Source: Guillardia theta CCMP2712 (Eukaryota > Protista > Cryptophyta). From it: DNA of 64,000 nucleotides. Each line of letters starts with the position of its first letter. Position 1 is the stretch's first letter. A program made the position numbers and the translations under genes. This document shows, piece after piece, positions 41,168 through 54,474 of the stretch. The notes under the pieces were generated by a model, which saw only the letters and a list, made by a program, of their open reading frames with translations, was not told the DNA's origin and searched no databases. The stretch spans positions 802,593 through 866,592 of the forward strand of contig NW_005434654.1 in NCBI RefSeq assembly GCF_000315625.1, in the 5' to 3' direction.

Positions 41168-41342
41168 TTTTCGACCTTATGTGTCCCAACCCCCACCCCT
41201 ACTGAAACAACAGTACCCACCCTATTCCCTTGAATTCCCATGAAAAAATCACCCCTTCATCTCGTATTGAATACTACCCTACCCCGGGATGGTTTGTCAG
41301 ACCTCAGGGCGCTGTGGCATGGAAGGAGGAGGGGCGTCGGCC

Positions 41343-43159
41343 ATGGCGTCAAACTTGTTTGTGATCCTCCTCCTCCTCCTCTGCTCCTCTCCCTCCTCCT
41401 CGTCTCCGCCCCAAGGATACGAAGAGCTTCCCTTCCAGCACTTCATCTCCATGCTCTCGTCCTTCTGGGGCAACCTGACGTCGCGCGACGGGTCCGTGCT
41501 CATGGCGCGGTTGACCGTCATGGCTGGAGCAGAGGAGGCGAAGAGGAGCTTGAAGGCGACTCTAGGAAGCTCATTCATGGGCAAGAAACAAGCCTGCATG
41601 CCTAGCAGCTTCAGGGCGCACGTAAACCGAGTAGAAGCAGCGGCGTCGTTGCTGCAGCTTGTCTACGACCCCAACAAGGCGAGGGGAATGCAGGGGTTCG
41701 GCATCCTGCAGGCCTTCCAGCTAGAGCATGGGGAGTGGGAGAGCTCCATGTACAAGCCAGCCTACCTGGTGCTGCGGAACGTGGAGGACCGGAAGAGAGT
41801 GTGGGTGGTTGTAAGGGGTACGAACTCGGTGGACGACCTCTTCACTAACATGGAGACGGAGCCGGCCAAGTTCATGGACGGGCATGTGCACAAGGGCATC
41901 CTCCTCTCCTCGAAGTTCATCGCAGAGCAGGTGAAGCAGCACATCACGCGGGATACCAAGGAGGTAGTGCTCGTCGGTCACAGCCTGGGAGGAGGAGCAG
42001 CCGCTTTTGCCACCGGTGAGTCTGCATGCGGCGGGCCTGCTCCAGCATGGTGAGAGCAGCGTCGTTGCTGCAGCCATACTGCGCAACGAGGGGTACGAGG
42101 CGTCGGGGATCGTGTTCGGCTGCCCTTCCTGCTTCTATCCGGCCACCTTCGCAGAGGAACTCTTGTGAGTTCTCCCTGCACTTCCTGCCGGCTTCACAGC
42201 GATCGCTGATGGGTGTGAGGTGGGCAGGAACAGACATGTGGTTTCCGTCATTCTAGACGCAGATGTCATACCAAGACTGAACAACAACACAGTCTTCGCG
42301 CTGATCCCAGCAGAGGTTGCGCCGAATCCCGACCATCTTCACTGCTGACTCCCGGCGCAGGGCATGGAGAATCTCCTTCTGTCCACCAAAGATCTGCTGT
42401 GGGTGTTTGCTGGCCTCGGCCTGAGATGGTTGACGTCATGACAGCCTTGACGGCCTCTTGGGCTCGCTGAGGAAGAACAAGCCGTTCGCAAGGTTGTCTT
42501 GTTGTTCCATGTTGCTACTCATCTCCCCTCCTCCCTCTCTCCCCATCCTCTCTCTCTCCCCTCCTCCCTCTCTCCTCTCCTCCCTCTCTCCCCTCCTCCC
42601 TCTGCCCCCCTCCTTCTTCACTCCCCCTCCTCCCTCTTTCCCTCTCTCTTCCTCCTGTCTCTCAATCTCTTGCTCCCCCAGGGCGGTGGGTCTAGATAAG
42701 GTAGCTACTGGGGAGCAACTGCCTCCTGGCAGAAACTTCATCCTCGAGCCTTTTAAGCTCTCCTCAACGGTCAGCGTCTCCTTCCGCTCCCATTGCTCCT
42801 CCTCCTCGTTCTTCCCTCTTCCTTGCTCCGCATCCGTGTACCCTCCCTCGTCCCCGTGGAACACTTCCCTCTCCTCCTCTCCTCTTCCTCCATCCGTGTT
42901 TCTGCCCCTCCTCCTTTCTCCTCGCGCTTTCACGTCTCAAAATATGCAGGAGGTGGAGTGGAACGTGCGAGAAGCGCAGTACGAAGACCTGAACAAGATC
43001 GTGCTGTGTAGCAGCATGCTTTCCGATCACAACGTTGCAAGTTATCTCGATGCAGTGATGGCAAACCTGTATGAGCGTGATGCGATGGCTGACGTTGCTG
43101 TAAAGGTGATCAAGTCTCAGTTGCGACACACTCGATCATGCCGCAGGTTTGAGCTTTAG
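41343..43159 (+). CDS. Class 3 lipase with signal peptide
   Basis: MASNLFVILLLLLC signal; VVVRGTNSVDD, GHVHKGI, VVLVGHSLGGG, DADVIPRL, MLSDHNVASY (Ser-Asp-His triad). Confidence 0.92.
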
Positions 43160-43445
43160 GTCAAGGTTGTGCGATAGCAGAATGTTGTTTTTGCTGTCTT
43201 GGTTGTTTTTTTGGGGTATTTTTTGACATGGGTACAAGAGATCGGAGGCTACAATCAAAAGTGACAACAACCGATGTCTGCACAACTCTCACACAGAACT
43301 CACTTCACACGACAAATTCTATCATACATAACAAACACACGACTAGCCGGGTCGCGGATAATGTTGACAAAAAAGCTTCAGATGCAACCGGGTCCACGAC
43401 CAACAAGCAGTCAAATTGCTCCTGCCATTGTCCCCATCACGCTCC

Positions 43446-45444
43446 TCACGCTCCCTGGTTGATCTTGAGGCTGAAGAGCTTGCAGAAGAGCGAGCTGATG
43501 GGTTGCAGACTCATGTCGCCGAAGGCGAGCAGGTCGAATTTCTCCAAGTACACGTTGAGGTCCCTCTCGTCGCCATGCAGGAAGGCGAGCTGGGAAATCA
43601 GGTCAGCCCATCCTCTCCATCGCATCCAAGAGCCTCACCTTAACCAGGCACTTGGCGTTGATCCCTGCAGCCATCTGCTCTGCCGACTTGCCGTCCCCGA
43701 CCACGAACACGTTGCTCCTGCTCATGATCGCCCTCGCCTCCTTCACAAGCGACGACTGCGACCCTCCTCCTCCCCTTGTTCCCTCAGACTGGCCGGCCAC
43801 AAGCTCAGCAAACGAGCGCAAGTCTTCGTCCATGAGCCTACCGTCCGCCATCTCTTCCCACGTGCGAAAGTGGCCGGAGGAGTAGAAGACAAGAGGGATT
43901 TTCTTCTCCTTCAGGGTCAAGACCAGCTCCTTCACGTCCTCCCTCACTGTGTACCTTCTCCCCTGATGCCCTAAAGTCCCTCCCTCCCCGCCCTCCTCGT
44001 TGGGGCCAGGCTCCTTCCCCTCCTCCCGGGGCCCGATGATCGCCTCCTGATGCTCCTCCGCATGCTCTGCCGCCGTGAGCGCCAGGTTGAAATCCATGAT
44101 GACCTGCACGTTGCCGATGCCGTCCTGAGCGACAGTCTCGAGCTTCGACCGCAGCTGCTTCCCCTTGCCGTACAGGACGGTGTGCTTGTCATGCTCCACC
44201 TCATACTTGCAAGCGCTGCTGAGCGTGCAGTGCCGGAAGTCGTGCATGATTTCGCTCGACGTCACGTCGCAGGGGGACTGAGGTTGCAAGACTCTTGACC
44301 ACTTGGTCTCGTCCGGAATGCTCTGGTAATACCTGTGGAGTCAAACAGTCAACCCGAACGGCAAGGACGAGCACAGGAGCACAGGAGCACAGGAGGAAGA
44401 GACGCACCAGTAGTCAATGTCCACAGGCTTCTGAGTCTTGAGAGACATGATGACTTGACGTGCGATATGAATGCAATCGAGCATGCTCTGCTCTACCAGG
44501 TCCGTCCGCATCCCAGCGCCAGCACCTTGCATGGCCCTCCTTGCCTGCACCACCGCTCGATCCAGCGCTGCCTCGTACTTCTGCGTGAACCTGTAGCTCA
44601 TGCTGCTATACCCCCCCTCCTGTACCACTCCACCTGGCCTGCTGCTAGTCGAGTTGTGGAACTCGTCCTCCCTGCTCATCGAGGACAGCCTATCTCCACG
44701 AAGAATGAACTTCTGATCCTTCACCTCCAGGTTCTGCGCCGTGCTCGTCGTCGTCACCTCACATTGGTTGGGGTACATGAAGTCCACCCGCACTCCCTGC
44801 TCGACGCCTCTGACAGGCGAGGCTGACACCTGAACAGGCCGCATGCAGCAGCAGAAGTTAACAGCAGAGCAGTCCTTGATCACGAGGTCGAACACTTGGT
44901 CCTCGACCTGATCTTGAGACAGGTGCTTGTTGCCAGCAGCAAGCACCTCCTCTGCCTGGGCCTCCTCCTCACACTCTCCTCTCAGCCTCTGAACTTCTAT
45001 TCTGGAGCTGCTCGCAATGCACGACATCATCCTCGAGGTGTAGTGCGAGCCCGTGCGCCCCGGCAAAAAGACGCTCAGAAACTTGTTTTGCCTCCTCGCT
45101 ATCGTGAAGAGCGCTTTGACCTCGCACATCTCACGGGAGACGAAGCTGTCAGCAAGCACATTCTTGTTGTTCTCCAGGGCCTCCTTGATCCTCTGGGAGC
45201 GAAGAGAAAGCTTCCCGCAGACGACGACGAGCTGAACGCTATCGCTCCTGAGGAGCTCGTTGTACGTGAGGGCATGTTGCACTCTTACCCTAGAGCCTCT
45301 CAACGACTGTGAAGCTTCTTGGAGCAGAGCAGTATCGTCCTCTACCACCCATCGCAGCTGAAGCGCACCATCCTTCGCAATGCTCTGTATGAACGATTGC
45401 GCAGCCGCACCATAGCCAACAACGCCAACACCAAACCCAGTCAT
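43446..45444 (-). CDS. Gfo/Idh/MocA-like Rossmann domain fused to a degenerate pyrimidine 5'-nucleotidase (NT5C3/UMPH-1)-like HAD domain
   Basis: MTGFGVGVVGYGAAA...YNELLRSDSVQLVVVC...ALENNKNVL; 75-nt intron 44333-44407 joins in frame to VQVIMDFNLALT, VREDVKELVLTLKEKKIPLVFYSSG, RSNVFVVGDG, LAFLHGDERDLNVYLEKFDLLAFGDMSL. Confidence 0.72.
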
Positions 45445-45859
45445 GATCTGTCTCTTCCTCTTCGTTACAGCTTCAGCACAGTGCTGTCAGTCAGTCACTC
45501 TCGTTCCTCGCCTTGCGCTCGTTTTGACTTCGCCTCCACCGTTTATGTATATAGATGAACCCCCTTTCCCTTTTTTTTTCATTTCTTCTCAAATGACTCG
45601 ATTTCGATTAAGATCCAGCCAAGATGTGCGTTAAAACTATCTCTTTCGCATGCGTATCTCAATGTGGTTGTAATTCACACCCCTCCCTCCTACCACTTCT
45701 CCCCCACCACCCCTCATGCCTTCCGATGACATTGCCTTTAGACCCGGCGGTACGCCCACAGGTCCGCCCTGGCGGCCGCCTCTCTAGGATGACTTCGATG
45801 GATTGCCCTACGACTGTTACGTTGCGGGTGCCGGTACGTAACTGCCAAGAGTTGCACAC

Positions 45860-46340
45860 GGCCCGGTACAAGTCAGGCTGAGTCAGCCTGGCAGCCCGGC
45901 GCTCCGAGCCTCCTCTACACGCCCGGGCGCCGCTCACGCCGGCACGGCGACGGTCACCCGTGAGCGGACTCGCCACGGCAGGTGGCCGGAGTCCGGTGCG
46001 AGAGGCTCACAGCCTGGCAGTCAGAGCCTCCGAGGCTCCGACCGGTCGCCGGGGACGCCGCGCGGCCCCCCCCGGTCCGGCCCGGGTCACGGCCCGGTGA
46101 CCGCCGCGGCCGCCCCCCGCCGGGTCCGGTTTCACTGCTCCGAGCTCTCGGCCCGGCGGAGTCACAGTGCCGCCGCGACTTCGCTGAGTGAGGCTTCAAG
46201 CCGGCCGCGGCCCGCCGCGGCCCGCCGGGGGGACCTCCGATCGGACCGTACTGTGACAGAGCACATGTACCGTACTACGGTACTGACGGTCCGGGTGCCG
46301 GCCCGGTGAAAGTCACTGAGAGTCGGATCACTGACTCCGA
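45860..46340. promoter_or_regulatory. Extended GC-rich intergenic island, copy 3
   Basis: About 480 bp dense in CCGG/CCCGGG/GGTCAC/CACTGAGAGT/GTCACAGTG motifs between divergent genes. Confidence 0.45.
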
Positions 46341-46776
46341 GTGATGCGGCATCAGACTAGTACCGCCGGTGGCAGTGGCGGTTTACCCTAAACCAGAATT
46401 GAGAAGCACTCAGTCTCCCCATATGAGAGATAGCCTCCGACGCCGGGCAGACTTGACTGCATGCTAGGATGTGCAACCCAAGGCTTGAAGCAAAGTTGAA
46501 CACGCGCCGCTAGCCGCTGGGCTCGGAAACTTAGGCCCCCGTCTGAGTCCGACGGACAAGTCAGGGTCGTCTTGGTTTACAGGAGAGTTTTGTTAACTCG
46601 GCACTATCTGACTGCACTGCTCCGTCTTCCGATAACTAAGTTCAATGACTCAGTGATCATGCGGCCATCGGATCGGCACTGCGGCAAGCGGCGGCGCCGG
46701 GGGCCCTTCTGCTTGAAACAAAAGTTGACCTTTTTTTTCGGACCGTCACGGTGGCGGTTCACAGGACTCTTGGAAC

Positions 46777-48544
46777 ATGTCGGCAATGGCTGGAGCCCCG
46801 GTGCTGCTGAAGCAAGGATACATGCAGACGAAGAAGATGCTGGGATGGAACACAAGGTACTACAGGTTGCTCCAGGTCGCCACTGCTCTTGCCCGTCCAT
46901 CGCTACCTGTGACAGCATTGGCAGGACTGCTTGTTCGAGTTCCCATCTCATGACTCCAAGACCCCGACCGACGAGTTTTCACTCTGTGATGGAACTATCG
47001 AAGATGCGTCCTGGGTAAAGAAGCCTGTTGAGTACGATTTGGTTGATCATGCGATGCCGTCAGGAGCTGAAGCTGGCAAACGCTCTGCGGGTCACCACAG
47101 AGTCCGGGAAAGTGTTCGTGTTTGTGTGCACAGATAGCAAGGTAGGTAGTCTACTTCTCTCTCTCTCTCTCGTCAACTGAGATGATCCGATCTTTGCCAG
47201 GAGCACCGCCAGTGGTTTGACGCCATCTACTACTCCACAACTCTTACGAGACTTGCGGAGTACGCTTCTCCTCTCACTGGGAGTTGGCTGTTTTACATGG
47301 ACAAGGGGAAGTTCCAGAAGCACTGGTTTGTGATCAAGGATAGGTAACAAAGCATCGAATGTGAAGATCGCAATATGAGGCCCGTGTGTTTTACTTTCCA
47401 ACAGTTTCCTGTTGTGCTACGAGAAGAGAGAAGACATGACTATGGTCAATGATGGGAAATTGACCAAAAGAAAGTTTGTATTGCCGTTGAATGGAGCTGT
47501 GAGTTTCCCACGGGACAGTTGCTTAAAGGTAGAGTTGACGGTTGTGGCAGGTGCTTGCGTATTACAAATCACACATGCCATACTCGTTCTGTATCCAGAT
47601 GTGGGTCCACGGAGAACTTAGGAGTGAGTTTGTGCTCGCTGCACAGAGCGAAGCGGTTATGCACGTCTGGATGGAGGTCGGTAGGGAGGCCGGGCAAAGA
47701 CAAGAGGCTCATACCTCTGACAGGTCCTGTACACCTCCATGGGGAACAAGATCGAATATGCCGATGAGAGGGACGGCTCGAACTTACCTGCTGTGAGCGT
47801 GCTTGCCCTGACCCTCCTTGCTGTGACCTTGGCCAAGGTGACGGTTGCAACAAGCCTCGATGAGTTGGCAGCCAGTCGCACCCCGGTGAATCATTTCTTC
47901 GCCGCTGAGTAACATGGTCTGAATGCTGCTTCCTCTCCACCTAGGTACCATGCCGATCACACCCTGACATGATTCGAGGCAAGCCGCTGCCGTCGAAACC
48001 AAAAGCAGAGACAAAAGGTTCGGACCCTTCAATTTGCCTCAACACGCTTCTCAGAAGAGCAACAGATGAGGACGTCCTCAATGCGGAGTGGACGGAAGAG
48101 AAGGTTCGACAGCAGAAAGATGGAAGGAATATTCCCAAGGCTGATGAGAACAGCGCTCCTACCAATGGAGCAAATACGGTAGTTGGTTCAATGAACATCT
48201 TGTCCCCTGATGCTGCTTATTGTAGAAGCATGACTTTCCTATGCCGAAAACCGAAGAGACACCAGGTGCGCTATAACCTACTTAGGCCACCTTTCTGACG
48301 TTAGAATCCAGACGTGCCGGCTAACGACGAGGGGTCGTTTCCGGAGACTCAACCGTCCATGCCTTTCTTCGGAGGCAATTCTTCGGACTGGAACCCTTTT
48401 GGTTCTCAACCATTGAGAGAAAGCGGAGGGACGCCAGGCAACGACAGTTGGAACCCGCTGCAATCCCTATGGAGCCAGTTCGGTGGAAACTGGAGTAATT
48501 TGAATGCAGGAGTAACGGGGCTAAGGGACAGTGCAGGTGTGTGA
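46777..48544 (+). CDS. Tandem PH-domain protein
   Basis: LLKQGYMQTKKMLGWNTRYYRLLQ|DCLFEF...TDEFSLCDG; second PH GKFQKHWFVIKD...LLCYE...FVLAAQSEAVMHVWME; low-complexity W/N/P tail. Confidence 0.8.
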
Positions 48545-48719
48545 ATTTGCTTGATCTCTCTAGTCTTGTGGTCTGGCATAATTTGCCTCTCACCAGAAGT
48601 GAAATGAAGTTGGATGATGTGTACGGCTGGCATATCTGAAGATCGATAACGACAATCTTTGACTCGTATAGTTGTTTGTTTGCTTTGACTAGTTCATGCA
48701 AGAGATACCAAAAATCTTT

Positions 48720-50304
48720 TTACTTGCCGAGAACCATCTTGTTGAAGAGATCGACCTCGTTGGCAGAGCCGAGGCAAGCAGGGGTACGCTGCAAGGCACG
48801 GAGATGAGCGAAGAAAAGAGTTCAAGATCTAGAGATAACAACCTGATCGACAGCCTCAATCTTGATATCAAGGCAGGAGTTGCCAGTGACGCCATCAGAT
48901 GTCTTGCCTGCATCGCGCAAATCAAACGGCAACCCCGAGCATGCTCGACCAACCTCCAGCCTTCTCAACGAGGAGGGAGAAGGGAGCGATCTCAAATGCG
49001 ACGCGAAGCTTAGCAGGAGACTGTAGTGCAAGTTACATGCTGCATCATCATGGGTTCTGCAGCACCTTGGGGGAAGTGGGGTTGGCAAAGACTCCCATCT
49101 CCTTGGTGAAGTGCTGGTAGACGTCGGGGACCTGACAACCGTCAGTCAGCAACGGGAAGGCGAGAAGAGACAATCTCAATGGAACTTACAAGTCCGCCCG
49201 AGTAGCGGAGGGTGTAACGCTTCTCCATCCAGTGCTTCACAAGGGCATCGTATCCAGCGTCCTCCTGGCAGCAGCGCAAGTTGGCAGGCGAGAAGATCTT
49301 CGAGTCCTGGCAACAGGTCAGCGGCTGCTCAGCCGTGTCGCCATGTCAGAACCTTCTTGATCTGGATCTTCTCGCGGGAGGCGATCCACTTGTTGCCAGC
49401 TCCGCAGGTGAACTCGTACACACCATCATCGCAAGCGACGAGGGCGGTGGTCCTGGGTCCGTAGAGCACGACGATGGAAGTAACCTGGTCACGGCCGGTG
49501 GCGCCGAGCATGCCAGTCTTCTTGTCCCAGATGCCTAGCATGCACAAGTCAGCTAGAAGTAGAGGGGCAGGAGGAGCACAGCAGACGAATATCCTGCTCA
49601 CCGATCATGGTTCCTACGGCCCAGTTGTTGTCAACGATGGAAGATCCATCAAGGGGGTCCCAGCAGATGGTGAAGCGACCGTTGGGGTTGGTCTCAACGA
49701 GAACAGGCTCCTCCTCGGAAGCAGCCTCCTTGACAACCTTGGAGGCCTTGGCAGCATCCCACATGATGTTGTCGGCGATCACATCAACGCCGAGCTGAAC
49801 GTCGCCGAAGACGGAGTTCTGAGCGTCAGCAACAGTAACGAGGTTGACGCGGAGAGCTTCGGTGATCTTAACAGCAGCATCCAACATCTCCCGGGTAACC
49901 TGGCGAACTCCCTCGTCCTTCATCTTCTGGTTGAGCACTTCATCCAAGGTAGCATAGCTGTCCTTGGCCTTGGCGCTGGTGTAGAAGGAGGTGTGCGAAG
50001 CACCGAACCCCTCTGGCTTCGTCTCAGTGTTCATCTTGGTGGCAACCTGCTGGATCATTCAGAGCTCTCTCTTTGAACATCACATAATAAGCAAGAGACA
50101 TGCCAAGCAAGCAGGGCGACGATGGCTCATTGAGAGAACACATGTCAAACAACTCACCACTGCTCCATGGCGGGCGACCCTGGACGCAGCCGGGAGGGAC
50201 GAACGAGCAGGGGAGGCTCCTCTAAGAGAAACTGAGGGCACGAAGGCGGAGGAGGAGGCGATGACGCCGATAAGGAGCAAGCTCCGCACAGGAAGGAACG
50301 CCAT
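48720..50304 (-). CDS. SBP: Plastid sedoheptulose-1,7-bisphosphatase with bipartite presequence
   Basis: MAFLPVRSLLLIGVIASSSA-FVPS; FGDVQLGVDVIAD, AASEEEP, WDPLDGSSIVDNNWAVGTM.GIW, GRDQV...YGPRTT, IFSPANLRA, YTLRYSGGLVPDVYQ, LRIAFEIAP. Confidence 0.95.
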
Positions 50305-51223
50305 GGCGGAGGCGGCGATGTTAGGTGACAGGGGGTAGGGGTAGAATAACGTGAATGATGGGGGTGATGTGCCCTAGGGGGGTACTATGATAGAATGACT
50401 TCCCTGACGCAAGAGAGCAAAGGTGTTTTTTTATTTTTCTTGGTAGTGATTAAATATTAATTTTAAGGTTTGTATTCTAAAAACTGTTTACTAAAATGTG
50501 TTCACACAGCAGTTCGAAGGGGCCAGACGCCCCCTCCCCTTACATGTACCACCCTTCAAGGTACCGGTGTCGAAAATACAAGTACCGGTACCTTTGTAAT
50601 GATTTATGGGGGTAGTGGGACGATGGGTGACTGTCGCACGTTCGTGGTGGGTGGTAGACAAAGGGCGGAGTGCAGGGGTACATTTCACTGTTAAATCAAG
50701 GGGTGCTCGCGATAGAAGGGTATAATTGTGAATGTGACCTAGTGGGTAGGGTGGTAGACCTCTCGATAGGACGGGGGGTGACCGTGGTAAAGGGGAGGGG
50801 TAGTTCCTCAAAGATTTCATATGAGCGCTCTAAATAAGGGGGTGGGATAGTGACAAATTAAATGATGATTGCAGGAAAATAAGACTTCATTTATCCGGCG
50901 GATTGCCCAGAACACAAGTTTGGTTTGTGGGACGGTGGTGAAATGAAGAGAAGGAGTGAAGAGGGGAGGAGAAGCTGATGAGAAGAATGGATGATCAGGG
51001 ATCAATCAAGGTCTGAGACTTGTGTCCATGTTGAACTGCTTCCCTCGCATGTGAAGAGATCGTCCGCTATGACTGGTGGTTACGAATCCGGGGAAATCAC
51101 TTGCATACGACGCTCCTTTCGGGCACTGTAGCCTGTGTTTACGATATTGAATATCACCATGAAATGACGACACGTTGGGCGACGGCTGAATTGCCCTAAC
51201 ACGAGGCTGGAAGCACCATAAAC

Positions 51224-54200
51224 ATGTTGGGTTCAGTATTGAGCAAGTTCGGCGGTGGGATCGTCAACTCAATTTCTGATAAGGAAGAGGAGATTGTGTC
51301 TGAGAGCAGCACAACGATAAAATTTCATTGGAAGGTAGGTAAGCTTTCGTCCCTCGGCATGAGCAGTTGTGTTACCACCGAGTTCAAGACAGGCAAGAAA
51401 GAATACCAGCAGAGCTGGAGGATGAGCTTCTACCCTCAAGGCTTCTCGGACCCCGAGTCGACGAGCTTCTTTGTCACAAACTTAGGGTGCCTGGAAGGAA
51501 CCGAGTCGAACACGGTCAGTGCGACGGTGGAGATATCGATCCTCAGACAAGCAGAGGACAAGCGGTCTTCCTCGAAGCAGAAGAATGCATCTCGAGCAGC
51601 ATCGGCTCAAAAGGCAGCATCTAGACTGGCTGATGATCGATCCTCCTCCTCTGGGAGTTCAGTGATGTCGAGATCATCTCAGATGTCTGTGTCGAACAAG
51701 GCACGGTCGGTCGGAAACAAACCTGAGGGCTGGGGGATGGAGGTACAGATGGGGTTGTCGCGCAGGTTCTGTAAATCCTTCGACCAGGTGAATCACACCT
51801 ACGGGTTTGAGAAGTTTGTTGATCGCGAGTATCTCTTCAACTTGAGGAATGGATTCCTGCTGGAAACGGCAAAGGATCAGATCAAGCCGATGGATGGAAC
51901 CATCGTCGTTCGAGTGACTCTGTTCTGCATCATTGGAATCACCCTGAATGCTCCCGAGAAAATCAGCGAAATCAACCACAATGGATGGCAGCGCGTAGAG
52001 TGGACAATATCTGACTTCTCCCGTGTCTGTAGATGCTTTCAGAAGGATACAAAGCTTTCATCTCCCGAGTTCTCCTCGAATGGGTTGTGGACCATTGACT
52101 TGTATCCCCATGGCTACCGGATTGGAGACACAAACGATCAATGGATCTCCATCTATCTCCATGCAGTCCGAGATTACTTGGACAGGGTCGTCAAAAGAAA
52201 GTGCAGGTTCAGGATCGGGCTGAAGAAGCAGAACCCTATGCCGCAGGCCCTCTACGCCATTCTCGGAGAGACGGAGGACGACGATGTCTACTTCCCCAAG
52301 AGCACGATGATCACAAACATCTTCACATCTTCGAGCATGACCGCGGGCTACCAACATTTCATACCATTCAATACTCTCATCAAGGGAAGAGACTTGCACT
52401 CCGTCCTCCCAGCTGGGAAAAGCAAAGCACTTGCGCCCCAGCTGCTCAAAGGCCTAGAACGCGAGCTGGTAGCGGGTAAGTTTGACAAGGGGGGCTCAAT
52501 CACGATTGTCGTGGACATCTTGATGATCGACTCTGTGGAGGGTCAAGTGCAGCAGATGCTGCAATACATGCGACCGAAGAAGAAATCGAAACGACAACAG
52601 GCCAAGATGTTGCAATGGCAAGATGTTGAGATTTTCAAACAGTTTGCACAACAGACCCCCTGTTACTTCTGTGGCGAACAGTTTGCGCCGTCCGACTTGA
52701 TCTCGTCTCCCAGCAGCCGAATGCCACAATTTGGTTATGAGATCGGGAGGGAACATGTGGTCGATACTATCCTCGCAGAGGAGGACCCCAGCCTTGCGGT
52801 CTCGTTAGGCAGGATGGACATGAAAGCAAGCATGCAGAAAGTGATTTTTTCCTGTTGATTCTGTTACATCCACTGTTTCTTACCAAAAACATAGATCATG
52901 ACTCACTTTGACTTGCTCCAAAAAGTTCCTGGGATGCCATGTATGAGGAGAAGGAATATCCCCAAAGATCCTTTTTTGGATATTGAACCTGAAGAAGTTA
53001 CGGTCAGCTCTCTGTCGAGCAGGTTTCATCTTCTTGAATTGATCATGATGGTGATCGATGAGCATCTCAGAGCTGCAGCCAAGGAGATGCAGAGAAGCAT
53101 TGAATTTGAAAGGAAATTAGAGGTGCTCTAGATTTCTCCCTGAGTTTTCTTCCATAATTTGTTCTGTGTCGGTTCGTATTTGTTGTTTGTGTGGATTATT
53201 GTTTCACAAAACAGATAGTTGTGTGTTGTATCAAAGCTCTCCAACTTACTTTTGTATATCAGGAGTTGCGTAAAGATGTCGAGGACTCTTTGTATTCCAA
53301 ACCTGTTTGCTTCAAGGTTATCTCAAGCGGGTTACATTCGTGTTTCACGTTGACTTCATCAGTGCATCGAGCTTTGCAACGAGTTAGAAAGCTGCCCAAC
53401 AATCGCAGCCGGCAATCTTTTTGAGGAACCTGAAGATGAGGTATCCAACTCGAAATCAAACACGAAAGTAAGAAGTATCTTGATCGCCGCGAGTCATCTC
53501 AATCTTCTACAGGACGATCAGCCGCTTTGGAGGCAGATGAAGGACAAAGTAGATTTGCTTGTTGCTGGCGTAGGCCTAGACCCGTGAGCCTGACATTTTC
53601 AATACTTGTGGTTGATGATCATGCCAAAGCAGAAACAACAAGTTAGCTCTTGCTCGCGGAGGAATCTACGGAGAACCCCTTGAGCTTGCAAGATATTGTA
53701 GCGGCAGATTAGCCAATGCTGAAGAGGACGCTCTAACCGAAGTCTTCTGCGACGTCAGGTGTGTGGTCATGGTGTTTGTGCCAGAACACAACCGAGTGAT
53801 CCTGCCGGTTCTAGATTTGATCGAAATCGCAAGCAAGTGAGGGGAATGGAACGTTTGTTCTTCAGGGAGCATCGGAAGTATCGTTGCGTTGCGACAGGAA
53901 AGGTATCCTTGAGTTGCCGACCACCAGCAGCAACTGAGAGGAGATGAGGTCTTCTGCGAGAGCTGCATCCGCTTTCGATCTCCCCTGCCTGAGTTCAGTG
54001 AGAGGCCTGAATGTGCTCAAGTCTTCCCTGTCTGCTTTGAGGTGAGCACCTACCTTCACTACTTGTCGCTCTGTTTGACCACTTCCCTTCCCCTCTCTCT
54101 GTTACCTGTCCTCGCGCACTGAATCCTGTCAACAGGCATGGCGGCAGAGGGCGACCGAGCTCAACGGCAAGATCCTCGGCGTCACAGAGCAGAAGCGAGA

Positions 54201-54474
54201 GGAGGGAGGAGCATGGAGTCTCTTCGCGTCTTCTGGTCGACGGGTCGGAGTCGTCGTGCAGGTTTTCTTGCCATGGACCACCGATCCTTCTCAACCCCAA
54301 GCAGGGAGCGCAGGGTGACGACGAGGACGATGATGAGTCTCCTCTCCTGGACGCTGTGCGGAGGTGTTTGTCTCACCTCCTGTTATGGGGAGAGGCTGAC
54401 GCATATGCTACAGCATCCCCTTTGTGGGGAAGGATTGGGCGGAAGGTGCTTCCAAATGGATGAGCGAGCAGTAG
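51224..54474 (+). CDS. Protein with two MATH domains and a C-terminal degenerate FYVE-like zinc finger
   Basis: KFHWKVGKLS...WRMSFYPQG...YGFEKFVDREYL..LRNGFL; VEWTISDFS...SPEF...WTIDLYPHG...WISIYL; later EHRKYRCVATGK|VFCESC...VFPVCFE. 3' end approximate. Confidence 0.72.

Noticed and set aside
45720-46620. Possible structured ncRNA (RNase P/MRP, SRP, snRNA)
   Set aside because: No conserved box recognisable by eye; an Rfam/Infernal scan would be needed.
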